Below, in pieces: positions 10,061-21,500 of a DNA stretch of 24,435 bases (its first letter is position 1; every line of letters begins with the position of its first letter). This stretch comes from Macrostomum lignano. Its lineage: Eukaryota. The stretch lies in contig NIVC01005159.1 in assembly GCA_002269645.1 (NCBI GenBank), positions 1 through 24,435 on the forward strand, given 5' to 3'. A program made the position numbers and the translations under genes. A model generated the notes under the pieces. The model was not told the DNA's origin. It did not search any database and worked only from the letters and a program-made list of their open reading frames with translations.

Positions 10061-10789
10061 GCGACCAGCTCTACCGACCGCCAAAGCAGCGGCCACGGCG
10101 CTACTATCGCGCACTGTTGACACCCGCGTGAAGCGTCATTTCGCGGGTGCCTTCGTCGGTGCGCTTGGAGACCAGCGCGAGGCGGAGTATTCCGACATCA
10201 GCACCGCCGTTAGAGCCGCTGCAGAGCAGACGGTCCCGCTGATGCGGCCAGCGCAAAAATCGCTGCCTGTCTAGCTGAGCGACCCCATCATCAGGCAGGC
10301 GCGGCTCAACATCGAGCGACTCCGCAGAAACCGGCGGCCCACGGGCGACGCTGAAGACGCGTTTGAGCGCCTTCTTGACGAGCGGCACAGGCCGCTGTCG
10401 ATGACGCCATTAGGTCCATCACTGCAGCTGGCCCCGACGTGAAGAGCCGCGCAGTGTGGACGGCCGTCCGGACTCTGACGGGGCGCAGAAAGCGCGTGGC
10501 GCTGAACCTGGCCGGCGACATCCCGGAGGAGCGCAGGAGTGAATTGCGCGACTTCTTCGCCGGCATCGTGAACGCGCCTGCGTCGCCGCTGCCCGCCAGC
10601 TTTGCGATCTCACTGGACACGCCGCTCCCAGCTGAGGAGGACTTCTGCACCAGACCAGTCACCACGGAGGACGTTGTGCTGTTCGCTCGGAAAACATCAG
10701 GCGGAAAGGCGCTCGGCCCTGAGGAAGTCCCGGTCGAAGCGCTGCGGCTCCGCTGTGTGGCCTCCCAGGCGCTCCTGCGCCCACCGAGT

Positions 10790-11791
10790 GGACCGTCGCG
10801 CACATCGTGCCGATCCCGAAGAAGGCAGCGACAACGCGGAACGAAAACCACCGCGGGATCTCGCTGATGTCCTGCACCGCGAAGCTCTTCAACCGGCTGC
10901 TGCTCGATCGTCTGCAGTCGATGATGCTGGACCCGTACCTGCGGTACGAGCAGAACAGATTCCGGCCGCAACGCGGTACAGTGACACAGATCCTCGCACT
11001 CCGCCGTGCCATCGAGGAGGCGCGCATCCGCCAGTCTACGCTGATCATTGTCTTCGTTGACTTTCGAAAGGCGTTTGACTCGGAGTTGAGATCCGCTCTT
11101 TCCTTCGTCCTTCGAGCCTACCGAGTCCCGCAGCAGCTAATCGACGCTGTCATGGCGCTGTACTGCGATACTCGAGCTGCTGTGGTGACGGCGGACGGCC
11201 TGTCTGACCTGTTCGATACTTCATCAGGAGTTCTGCAGGGCGACAGCGACACGCTGCCGCCGTTTCTCTTTGTGCTGCTCCTGGACTGGGTGCTTCGGAC
11301 CGCACTCCCCTCGGCTGACGACGGCTCCCTGCTGCGCATGAGCGTGCTTGGCTACGACGACGACCTCGCCCTCCTGTCCTCGTCCGTTGAAGGCGCCCAG
11401 CGCCAGATCGACAGGTTGGTCGAAGTCGCATCGAGCAACGGTCTGATTGTCAACACGCTGAAGACGGAGGTGCTGACTGTGCCGGCCGACATCCCAGCGG
11501 ACCTGACGTGCCGCAGCGCAGACAGGCAGACGACCAGGCTCGCACGCTGCGAGCGGTTCACCTACCTCGGCGTTCTGGTGCCTCACGTGGACGAGGACTT
11601 CCGGCGGCGCTGAGGACTTGCCTGCGCGGCCTTCCGTTCAATCAGGGCCATCCTCCATTCCGAAGCGCTGCCCGACCGCCAGAGGGCTCGGCTGTGGCAG
11701 GCGGTGTTCGAAACGTCCTGCTCTACAACGCCGAGACGTGGACGCTGACGGCTACGTTGGAGCGGCAGCTGGACTCGGCGCGCTCAGGGCT
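10790..11791 (+). pseudogene. LINE reverse transcriptase core and start of C-terminal region, inactive
   Basis: ORF 10807-11613 carries RT motifs with YADD changed to YDDD and a 2-aa insertion after GVLQGD. Continues by frameshift into ORF 11508-11819. Confidence 0.88.
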
Positions 11792-12654
11792 AATCTATGC
11801 TCATAATAAATGCAAATAACATAAAGTCTATAGACTCTTACACCTTTTTAGGTCAAAGAGACTTAGCATTATAAAAGGTAAGATAGAGATATTAGTCATA
11901 GTGGTATATTATATTTTGAATTTTTGTATTTTCTGACTAATACTAATTGGTATTCTAGATCTTAAATGAAGTATTTCACCATTTGGAGCTTTAATTTAGA
12001 AAAAACAAGCATAGAAAAACAAATTTAATTTTCAAATCATAAATATAACACATTATATAAAAATAAGTATGGCATACTATTACCATTACTGTTAAAAAAA
12101 TTTTGTTTGTTAAAAGTTGTTCAAAATATCAAAATGCTATTTAATATAAAATGTTTAATACTTCTTATATTATAATAGTATAAACTTCAGGCAATAAGTG
12201 ACATGTTTTTTCAATTTGCTTATTGTTTTTGTAACTTTTCATATAGTAAACATTTCTAGCAAAATATTTTGCATATACTAGGCCCCAAATATATAATTTT
12301 CTGAAAATATTTTTATTCAGCATATATCTGATATCTTTGAGAATTTATATATTCAACTATATTATTATACCAATCTAAATTATAATGAACATAGTATTTT
12401 TTCAAGTTTCATTTTGTTTCTATAGCAATATTTGCTTTCTAGAGCTTTCTAGGTTATATATGCTTAGTTATAGCAATAAATATAGGCCTAGCTAGGCCTA
12501 AGGCAAAGCAAGAATATATATAGGCGAATTTATAAAAAATATTGTTTTTAACATTGTCCTATTATATTATTATATTTTTGTTGAAACCTCCAATAGGCCC
12601 CATAGTCTAGATCATGCTGGCTATACAATATAAGGCATTTGGCATGCACTTCAT

Positions 12655-12790
12655 TTTATGCCAAATTATACCAAGTAGAAAAATGGCCTAAGGTTTTATA
12701 CCAAATTATACTAAAGAAAACAATGGCTCTGTGATACTTCATGCCAAATTATACCTAGAATGATGCCTAGAATCCAATATACTAAAAAAA
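12655..12790. repeat. Degenerate ~41-bp tandem repeat with CCAAATTATAC core, 3-4 copies
   Basis: TGCCAAATTATACC, TACCAAATTATACT and TGCCAAATTATACC at roughly 41-bp spacing. Confidence 0.6.
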
Positions 12791-13465
12791 TCAAAACTAT
12801 GTACCTATAGGAACCTTCACTTAACTTGAGCTATGTAGCTATGCAATTGATTTCAGAAAAAAAAGCTCAACCAATTTTCTTCAAACATGCACCATTCGAT
12901 TAGAAATTTTCCTGGGATGGTACATGCATCTTAGCTAAGAAATTGCTCAATGTTAAAGGGATTAAATATTCCAAAAACATACTTTTTGGAAAGGTCAAGC
13001 AGCTCTTTTGACCTGAAATGCATTATAAGAATGCTAGAGACAAAACTGATTGGCTGAATTCTGATTTTGATCTTTATTCTAAAAAATATCAAATGGAGAA
13101 TATAGTTTTGTAAAGCTGGCCTTATTGGGGCCTAATTTTGCCTTGCTATAAACATAATAAAAATACAAAAGCATAATAATATGGTCATATGCCTTAATTT
13201 TGTTATTTATGAAAGTTGTGAATGATTATAAAAACAAATAAATATTTCCTTAAAACTATTGTAAAAAGCTTTGTTATACAAGTAGGCCTAGTAGATTTTG
13301 CGCAAATTTGTGGTATATACAAGGAATTTTCTGGTGCACATGGCACATGGTAAGCCACACTCAGCATAAAGTCTATAGTAAAATCTTCTTAGTTCATATC
13401 CATATGTAAAGTGTGACATATAAATGTATACTTGCTCATTTTTTAAATATTCAATTCAATTCAAA

Positions 13466-13846
13466 GAGCCTCTTCATATTGCCAGTTCGAAAAATGGAAC
13501 CGGTTCCGAACCAGTTTGACGCTCTTCATATCAATGGTTCGAAAAATAAAATCAGTTCTGGAACATGGTTCTGGTTCTAGAATATGGTTCGAGAAATTTT
13601 CTCAAACCGTTGTCATGTTTACACTTTAACAGTAAAATATATTTGAAATCGTCAATTTTTTTATTATTGTTATATAATTATTCTTTTTTTGTCATATCCA
13701 AAAAAAAACAAATTCAAAAAACAACAAAATTAAATTGTAAAGACTGTCAAACATAACATGGGTTTGAAGCTCCTCATTTCACACTGGTTCTGGTTCTAGA
13801 ACTCGAATTTATTCTGGTTCTAGAACTGATTGCCATGAAGAGGCTC
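13466..13846. mobile_element. 381-bp non-autonomous DNA transposon (MITE), MULE-like
   Basis: Perfect 12-bp TIR GAGCCTCTTCAT / ATGAAGAGGCTC, followed by CAGTTC on both arms. 9-bp flanks CAATTCAAA / AAATTCAAA (8/9). GGTTC/GAACC subterminal repeats at both ends. Confidence 0.68.
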
Positions 13847-14411
13847 AAATTCAAATAATACAAAAAAGTTTTTTTGGAATTTACAAATTATATATTTGTT
13901 TTGAAAAAATTAAAGTTTAATAAACATCATTATTTCGTTAATGTTAAATAAAAAATAAATAAATGCATAAAACTTAAATTTCAAAATAAGATTCAAAAAT
14001 TAAGACTTTCTTTCATTTTTTTTCAAGTTTTATATTACAAAGTTGCCTAATACAAGGTGCACATTTCTTTTTCAGGCACACATGCACTTTTTTACTTGGC
14101 GCACGCTGCACAGTTAAAAATTTTACTGGGGATTTGTTGTGGTGCACATGGTGCACCTTCCTGACCATGGTAATGGACTACAGAGTACAGAATAGGACAA
14201 CTTATTATTATAATACTAATAGGATATTAGGCCCTACGCCCTAAGCATTTGCAAAATCATTGACATTATAGGCCCTACTACAAGTCCAAAATTATCAAAA
14301 AGCTATGCCTAATAATAATACAAATATTTGGCCCTTTATTCTGGACCCTGAAAAAATAGTTATTTTGGAGTTTAGACGTAGGCCTACAATTAATTGATTA
14401 TTTATAATGCT

Positions 14412-14865
14412 GGTGTAAGACCAAGACCGCCACACACCAAGACTGCCACACTTGGGTGTTGGGGGAGCTAGGGGGGGGGGCAGAATTTGGCTTGCCATGT
14501 TATTGGATAGGCCTAGTGCTGAGGAGGGGTAAGATAGGGAGAGCCAGCAGGACAAGGCCGCAAAAGAGGAACCAGTGAGCAGGCTGGGTGGGTGAGTGAG
14601 CCAGGCTCCTTGTTTTTTCATTCAATTTGAATTGTAAAGGAACTATAAGATATTGTTAAAATTGTCCTTGTTGTCTTGCCATCATTTTGGACCACTTATT
14701 TGTCTTATTAGTGACCAATCTTGGGATGCTTCCTCCTTGACCTCATCTAACTTCATAACCCATCACAACCAATAGCAATGCTGGAAGATTGGTAGCTCCC
14801 CCTAAATTCCAGTAGCCAGTAAGAGCTGTGGCGGTCTTGGTGTGTGGCAGTCTTGGTCCTGTACC
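14412..14865. mobile_element. 454-bp non-autonomous DNA transposon (MITE), Merlin-like
   Basis: GGT...ACC termini. About 38-bp imperfect TIR built from two ACCAAGACYGCCACAC units. 8-bp flanks ATAATGCT / ATAACGCT (7/8). Extra internal inverted pair GGGGGAGCTA / TAGCTCCCCC. Confidence 0.68.
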
Positions 14866-15529
14866 ATAACGCTGGTGTTAGTTCTTTACATAGATAATAC
14901 ACAGAAATTGTTTCCTTCCTGCGGCACAGCGAACCGCTAAAACCTTGGCTAAGTTAAAATGTTGTGTACATAAAGGACAGTCGACAGTGAGGAAAAATCT
15001 GCTAAAAGTAATAAATTTGACTAAAAAACTAAAACCGAGATCAGGAAAAACGAAAAAATCTGAGTAGATTATAGCTACACGTCTATCATTTCACTGAATT
15101 ATTTAACTCGTCGACTAATTATCCTTCCTCTTCAAAGCTTAATCAGAAATACAATGTGCATAGAAGTATTATAGCTCAAGCTTGAGCCCTTATCAATCAC
15201 CTCTAGCCGTTTTTAGTTTGTTGCTCACGTTACGATTTCTTAGATTTTTGTAAAGTCAAATACTATAAGCAGAAAAAGCTTTTTACATTGTTTGGTACAA
15301 CTTATCTTTCTAAGCCACTGAAATCTGAAATTGCACAGATTTATAGTGTTTTTATTTTGTAGCAAAAAATGGTCAAAACAAAATTTTGTTTTTTGTTTTA
15401 CCAAGTAAATTTCGTTAATAAATCGTACTTATATTATTTAATTGTTTTTTAATTGTTGTTTAGCGAAATCTGAGCAAATTTTTACAGTTTTGCGGCCCAA
15501 AAAAACTTTTGAATAGTTACTTCGCTATC

Positions 15530-15596
15530 ATGAACCGATTTTTACTAGCTATCACAGCATGCTTTCTGTTGCAACAGTCCGAAAAATGCTTTGCGG
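15530..15596 (+). CDS. PLXDC: PLXDC exon 1, signal peptide (MNRFLLAITACFLLQQSEKCFA)
   Basis: Hydrophobic N-terminus; donor G|GTAAGT, phase 1. Confidence 0.8.
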
Positions 15597-18500
15597 GTAA
15601 GTTTATACTTGTACATACTGCATATTCTGTACATGGTTATCAGCTTATGCTAAATGTGCAGGTTTGCTTGATTTTTATAATTTCGCATATATTCGTTCAG
15701 ACAAAGCATCGTACGTACATGTAAAAGCGCCTATATTTTGTATTGTCTCACGCATTATAATTTGGATTTCCAGCGGAGGCTTCTTCTCATTATTCGGCAT
15801 CCGCAAATCTAGTGAGATTAGTCAAAAGGGAAACATCAGTAGTCCCAGTGACTACGCATGTAAGTTTATCAACTATTACTTGTACATGAAAGTCCATACA
15901 TGTATCATGCACACACGTAGATCATTTAAATAAATATGCAAAAAATGAAACTGCATGGTGTGTACATTTGAGCATGATGTACATTATCTGCACCTCTCTG
16001 CCAATTTAATTACATGTACATAAATCTTCCGGAAAATTCCTAATTCCAGGACAACGAGCAATACTACCAGATCACTGTTCATCACGATTTAAATCGATAC
16101 AACAATTTAATTAAGGAGTTCGATCTTGCATTTGCTTTGCCAAATGTCGTGTCGAAAACAAACATCAGCTCATGGAATGTGTCCACGGTAAGTGTTCGAT
16201 TAAATATTGCGCGCGCGTGTACATGCGTCATACATGAATTTCATATCGAGCATGTCAATTTGCTTTCTTTTTTACATGTATGTGTTTGTACATCCGAAAA
16301 CTAGCTGTAACGTACAATTACAATACATGAACTGCATAACGTTTTTCTTATTATTGCAGAGAGTTCAGTTGAAGTTTTCATTCTATTTCTATGGTCATCG
16401 AGTCAGCCGTATTTCCATATCAACGAATGGTATGTGCAATTTTCTGTGTATGCCGCTGGCGCGGGTTGTTTTTTGTACATTTTGACTTGAGTTTCTATTC
16501 ATCCAACAGCAGGCTAGCACTGAGCTCAGCTATCTGAGTTTGCACAGCAGAGAAGACAGAGAGAATTAAGACTTAAGATGCAAGAAGCATTGCTTTATAG
16601 AAAATAGTTCGGCTTGATTAAAAAGCTGCACTGAAAGCTGTATTAGGAGGATAGAAATGCACGATGGCAGAAACTGTACAGCAATGTACACGTATGGCGA
16701 GACTCGGCAATAAAGAGACGTGAAGATTCTTTTGGACTCAGAAATTGCTCTTACAGTAGTTTTTAGCGATGAAGAGAGAAAGATAAAAGATGCATGGGCT
16801 TAGTCATAGTCTTCGGATCTAAAAATATGCAATCGCGTGTGCAGCTTGAATTGAGATGACAATGACAAGCTGGCTCAAGAGTGGGAGGGTTGAGAAACAG
16901 CTGAATTGTTGTCTAGAAGTGTGAGAGAGAAGTTTCATCTCTGGCCACGAGTGAGACTCGTGCAATAACATTGATAATTGTTTAAACACACCATAACTCA
17001 ACTAGAAAGACAGTGGAGTGTCATTGCAGACTGCACTTGAGTAGTAGTATGAGACAGTTGGGTGTCAGATATGAGACAGAAGTGTGTCAGCATAGAGACA
17101 CTCGGGAGACAGAAGTGTGTCAGCATAGAGACACTCGGAGACAGAAGTGTGTCAGCATAGAGACACTCGGGAGACAGAAGTGTTTTATCAGTTCAAGAGT
17201 GTCATGAGAGTTCCTGGAGCGAGATTCGCACACTTTAGACAAGTGGATCCAAAAAACTTGAAAGTGTGAACACGACTGTTTTCTGTAAATTTTATAGGCT
17301 TCATGACAATCTGGAGGACGGCCACGAGCCCGGACCCTATCCGCAGTACATCGCTCCGTTTATGGCCAATTTTGGCTCAATGACAAATCAAAGCGGCTTA
17401 GACAATGACACCGCTGCAGAATCGAAACCCGTTGCTTCATTGACTTACGTGGCAACTAACACCTCTGTGTGGGTTCGATGGGCTAATCTGCCACTAATGC
17501 TTGGCAATGGAACTGGTAAGATGATGATAGACTGGCGGTAGAGACTGTACTGTACACTATAATGCTCACTGTTTTAGGATTTTAAATGAGAAGCTTTCTC
17601 TCTAACTACGCGTGATTTGTTCAGGTGGAACGTTTGACTGTTGCTGACGATCTCTTTTATATTCGCTGTCACTTTCACTGTAAACCCATTGCGACGGTTA
17701 TTCATCCGCATGACCAGACCATACTAGTTTGAATTTATTAGTAAGATGACACCAATGTTGCATTTGAAGTGTTGGAACTTTCCGACAACCCTGAGGCCGT
17801 AGCGCCGTAGCCCAGTGGTCGCGGCGCTCTGATGTGCCAGCGGCCCAGGCTCGATTCCAAGTGCAGTCACATTAATTTGAGGCTGAATTGGAATCTCGGC
17901 TTGGCTCTGCTCGTGCAATTAACGCCCAGCTTGAGGGCCAACCCCAAAGGCACAGTGAAGTGTACATGCCTAACGATAAATAAAGTTAGGGCCGCTGTAC
18001 ACTCCTGTGTGAGTGTGTGCCTGTGCGTATGACTGCGTACGTATCCGCGCGCTTGTGTGCCTGCTCAGGGGAGTCGACGGAAAGCAGCGCCTCCTTCTTT
18101 GTGTGACAATGCGCTTAAAGTGCGCCAGGGTAATAAAACATTCCGGATGCCCATCGCAGTATTGGTTTCGTCACTTTTTCAGAGCTCCGTCTGTCTTTTC
18201 AAGGCGTTATTTTTCAAAACGGACAATGCTCTTCCAGTACTACGACGTGAGTCAGCTTTTTTGACATTTTGGTAAACTAAAAAAGCATGTATTTGTATAC
18301 AATCAATGTATCTTTAAATTGCTGAATTTGATTTTTTCAGATTCCGTCAAAATTGTCAAAGGCTGTGCCTACAGCCAAGGCTGGAGTTGCTGATGTTTTC
18401 AACTATGAAGAGGATGTAAAAGCGCTAAGTAAAAAGACTGGACAGTTGATTCCTAGATTTATATATCCTTATTCCCTATCCTGATCCCTTAATAACTGGA

Positions 18501-21500
18501 CGGGATGTTGATCCCGAAATACCTGGACGGGATGTTGATCCTTAAATACCTGGACGGGATGTTGATCCTTAAATACCTGGACGGGATGTTGATCCCGAAA
18601 TACCTGGACGGGATGTTGATCCTTAAATACCTGGACGGGATGTTGATTCCTTAAATACTGGACGGGATGTTGATCCCTAAATACCTGGACGGGATGTTGA
18701 TTCCTAAATACCTGGACGGGATGTTGATTCTTAAATACCTGGACGGGATGTTGATTCCTAAATACCTGGATGGGATGTTGATTTAAATACCTGGACGGGA
18801 TGTTGATCCTAAATACCTGTTGGGGATGTTGATCTTAAATACCTGACGGGATGTTGATTCTTAAATACCTGGACGGGATGTTGATTTAAATACCTGGACG
18901 GGATTTGATCCCTAAATACCTGGACGGGATGTTGATTCCTAAATACCTGGACGGGATGTTGATTCCAAATACCTGGACGGGATGTTGATTTCTAAATACC
19001 TGTACGGGATGTTGATTTAAATACCTGGACGGGATGTTGATCCTTTAATACCTGTACGGGATGTTGATCCTTAAATACCTGGACGGGATGTTGATCTTAA
19101 ATACCTGGACGGGATGTTGATCCTTAAATACCTGGATGGGATGTTGATTCCTAAATACCTGGACGGGATGTTGATTCCTTAAATACCTGGACGGGATGTT
19201 GATCCTAAATACCTGGATGGGATGTTGATTTTAAATACCTGGACGGGATGTTGATCCTTTAATACCTGTACGGGATGTTGATTCTTAAATACCTGGACGG
19301 GATGTTGATCCTTAAATACCTGGACGGGATGTTGATTCTTAAATACCTGGACGGGATGTTGATTCTTAAATACCTGGACGGGATGTTGATCCTTAAATAC
19401 CTGGATGGGATGTTGATTCCTAAATACCTGGACGGGATGTTGATTCTTAAATACCTGGACGGGATGTTGATCCTTTAATACCTGTACGGGATGTTGATTC
19501 CTAAATACCTGGACGGGATGTTGATTCTTAAATACCTGGACGGGATGTTGATCCTTTAATACCTGTACGGGATGTTGATTCCTAAATACCTGGACGGGAT
19601 GTTGATCCTTAAATACCTGGACGGGATGTTGATCCTTAAATACCTGGACGGGATGTTGATTCTTAAATACCTGGACGGGATGTTGATTCTTAAATACCTG
19701 GACGGGATGTTGATCCTTAAATACCTGGATGGGATGTTGATTCCTAAATACCTGGACGGGATGTTGATTCTTAAATACCTGGACGGGATGTTGATCCTTT
19801 AATACCTGGACGAGATGTTGATCCTTAAATACCTGTACGGGACGTTGATCTTTAATTACCTGGACGGGATGTTGATCCCTAAATACCTGTACGGGATGTT
19901 GATCCCTAAATACCTGTACGGGATGTTGATCCCTAAATACCTGTACCTGGATGGGATGTGGGGAGGACCTCGTAGTAGAGAAGAATTAGCCAAAGGCTGA
20001 AACTTTAATAGTGATTATTGACTTTAACAACGATATGTATTTTGCAATGAAAACTCAAATTTTCAGACGAGAAAGTTTTAGACATATTTGTGCACCGTGC
20101 CGAGAATATTTCTTTGGAAGAAATTGTGAATGTCAGCATCGCTCAAGTTGTTGCCCTGCCAAGTGAGTATCAGCAGCACTGAAAAACATATTTATATTTT
20201 TTCTAATGAATAAATTGAGCTTATGTTTTAGGCGAAACGAAAACATCGCCACCTCATTCCTCATTCAATTGTGGCGCCATTCAATCTGTCTTTCTTGGAA
20301 TCGCCACCTCATTCCTCATTCCAATGTGGCGCCATTCGATCTGTCTTTCTTGGAGTCGGCGCCTCAGTTCTCATTCAATTGTGGCGCCATTCAATCTGTC
20401 TTTCTTGGAATCGGCGCCTCAGTTCTCATTCCATTGTGGCGCCATTCGATCTGTCTTTCTTGGAATCGGCGCCTCAGTTCTCATTCCATTGTGGCGCCAT
20501 TCAATCTGTCTTTCTTGGAATCGGCGCCTCAGTTCTCATTCAATTGTGGCGCCATTCGATCTGTCTTTCTTAGAATCGGCGCCTCAGTTCTCATTCCATT
20601 GTGGCGCCATTCAATCTGTCTTTCTTGGAATCGGCGCCTCAGTTCTCATTCCATTGTGGCGCCATTCAATCTGTCTTTCTTGGAATCGCCACCTCATTCC
20701 TCATTCCAATGTGGCGCCATTCGATCTGTCTTTCTTGGAGTCGGCGCCTCAGTTCTCATTCAATTGTGGCGCCATTCAATCTGTCTTTCTTGGAATCGGC
20801 GCCTCAGTTCTCATTCCATTGTGGCGCCATTCGATCTGTCTTTCTTGGAATCGGCGCCTCAGTTCTCATTCCATTGTGGCGCCATTCAATCTGTCTTTCT
20901 TGGAATCGGCGCCTCAGTTCTCATTCAATTGTGGCGCCATTCAATCTGTCTTTCTTAGAATCGGCGCCTCAGTTCTCATTCCATTGTGGCGCCATTCAAT
21001 CTGTCTTTCTTAGAATCGGCGCCTCAGTTCTCATTCCATTGTGGCGCCATTCAATCTGTCTTTCTTGGAATCGGCGCCTCATTCCTCATTCCAATGTGGC
21101 GCCATTCGATCTGTCTTTCTTGGAGTCGGCGCCTCAGTTCTCATTCAATTGTGGCGCCATTCAATCTGTCTTTCTTGGAATCGGCGCCTCAGTTCTCATT
21201 CCATTGTGGCGCCATTCGATCTGTCTTTCTTGGAGTCGGCGCCTCAGTTCTCATTCCAATGTGGCGCCATTCAATCTGTCTTTCTTGGAATTGGCGCCTT
21301 AGTTCTCATTCAATTGTGGCGCCATTCAATCTGTCTTTCTTGGAATTGGCGCCTCAGTTCTCATTCAATTGTGGCGCCATTCAATCTGTCTTTCTTGGAA
21401 TTGGTGCCTCAGTTCTCATTCAATTGTGGCGCCATTCGATCTGTCTTTCTTGGAATTGGCGCCTCAGTTCTCATTCCATTGTGGCGCCATTTAATCTGTC

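Larger units (their letters stand above)
9020..11791 (+). mobile_element. Decayed non-LTR retrotransposon (LINE), RTE-like, with APE endonuclease and reverse transcriptase; 3' end missing
   Basis: APE motifs: RLGTMNCRTL, SLQEV, GRGGVGVLI, CAYAPT, QLDHALV, SDHRLL. RT motifs: PIPKK, NHRGISLMSCTAKLFNRLL, FRPQRGT, FVDFRKAFDS, GVLQGD, YDDD (for YADD), FTYLG. RTE-type C-terminal LLYNAETWTLT. Multiple frameshifts and deletions. Boundaries approximate, set from the GC shift. Confidence 0.92.

Noticed and set aside
9136-11586. Numerous minus-strand and alternative-frame ORFs within the LINE
   Set aside because: Expected from high GC content; only the APE and RT frames carry motifs.
17625-17740. PLXDC exon (TTCAG acceptor, GTAAGA donor, phases fit)
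   Set aside because: Three stops in the required frame. The homologous segment is encoded at 18183-18246.
17795-17870. Functional tRNA gene
   Set aside because: A and B boxes are present, but there is no convincing acceptor stem or anticodon arm and no nearby poly-T terminator; better explained as a SINE head.
17832-18032. ORF LRANPKGTVKCTC as the missing PLXDC exon
   Set aside because: Lies inside the SINE body and has no phase-compatible acceptor.
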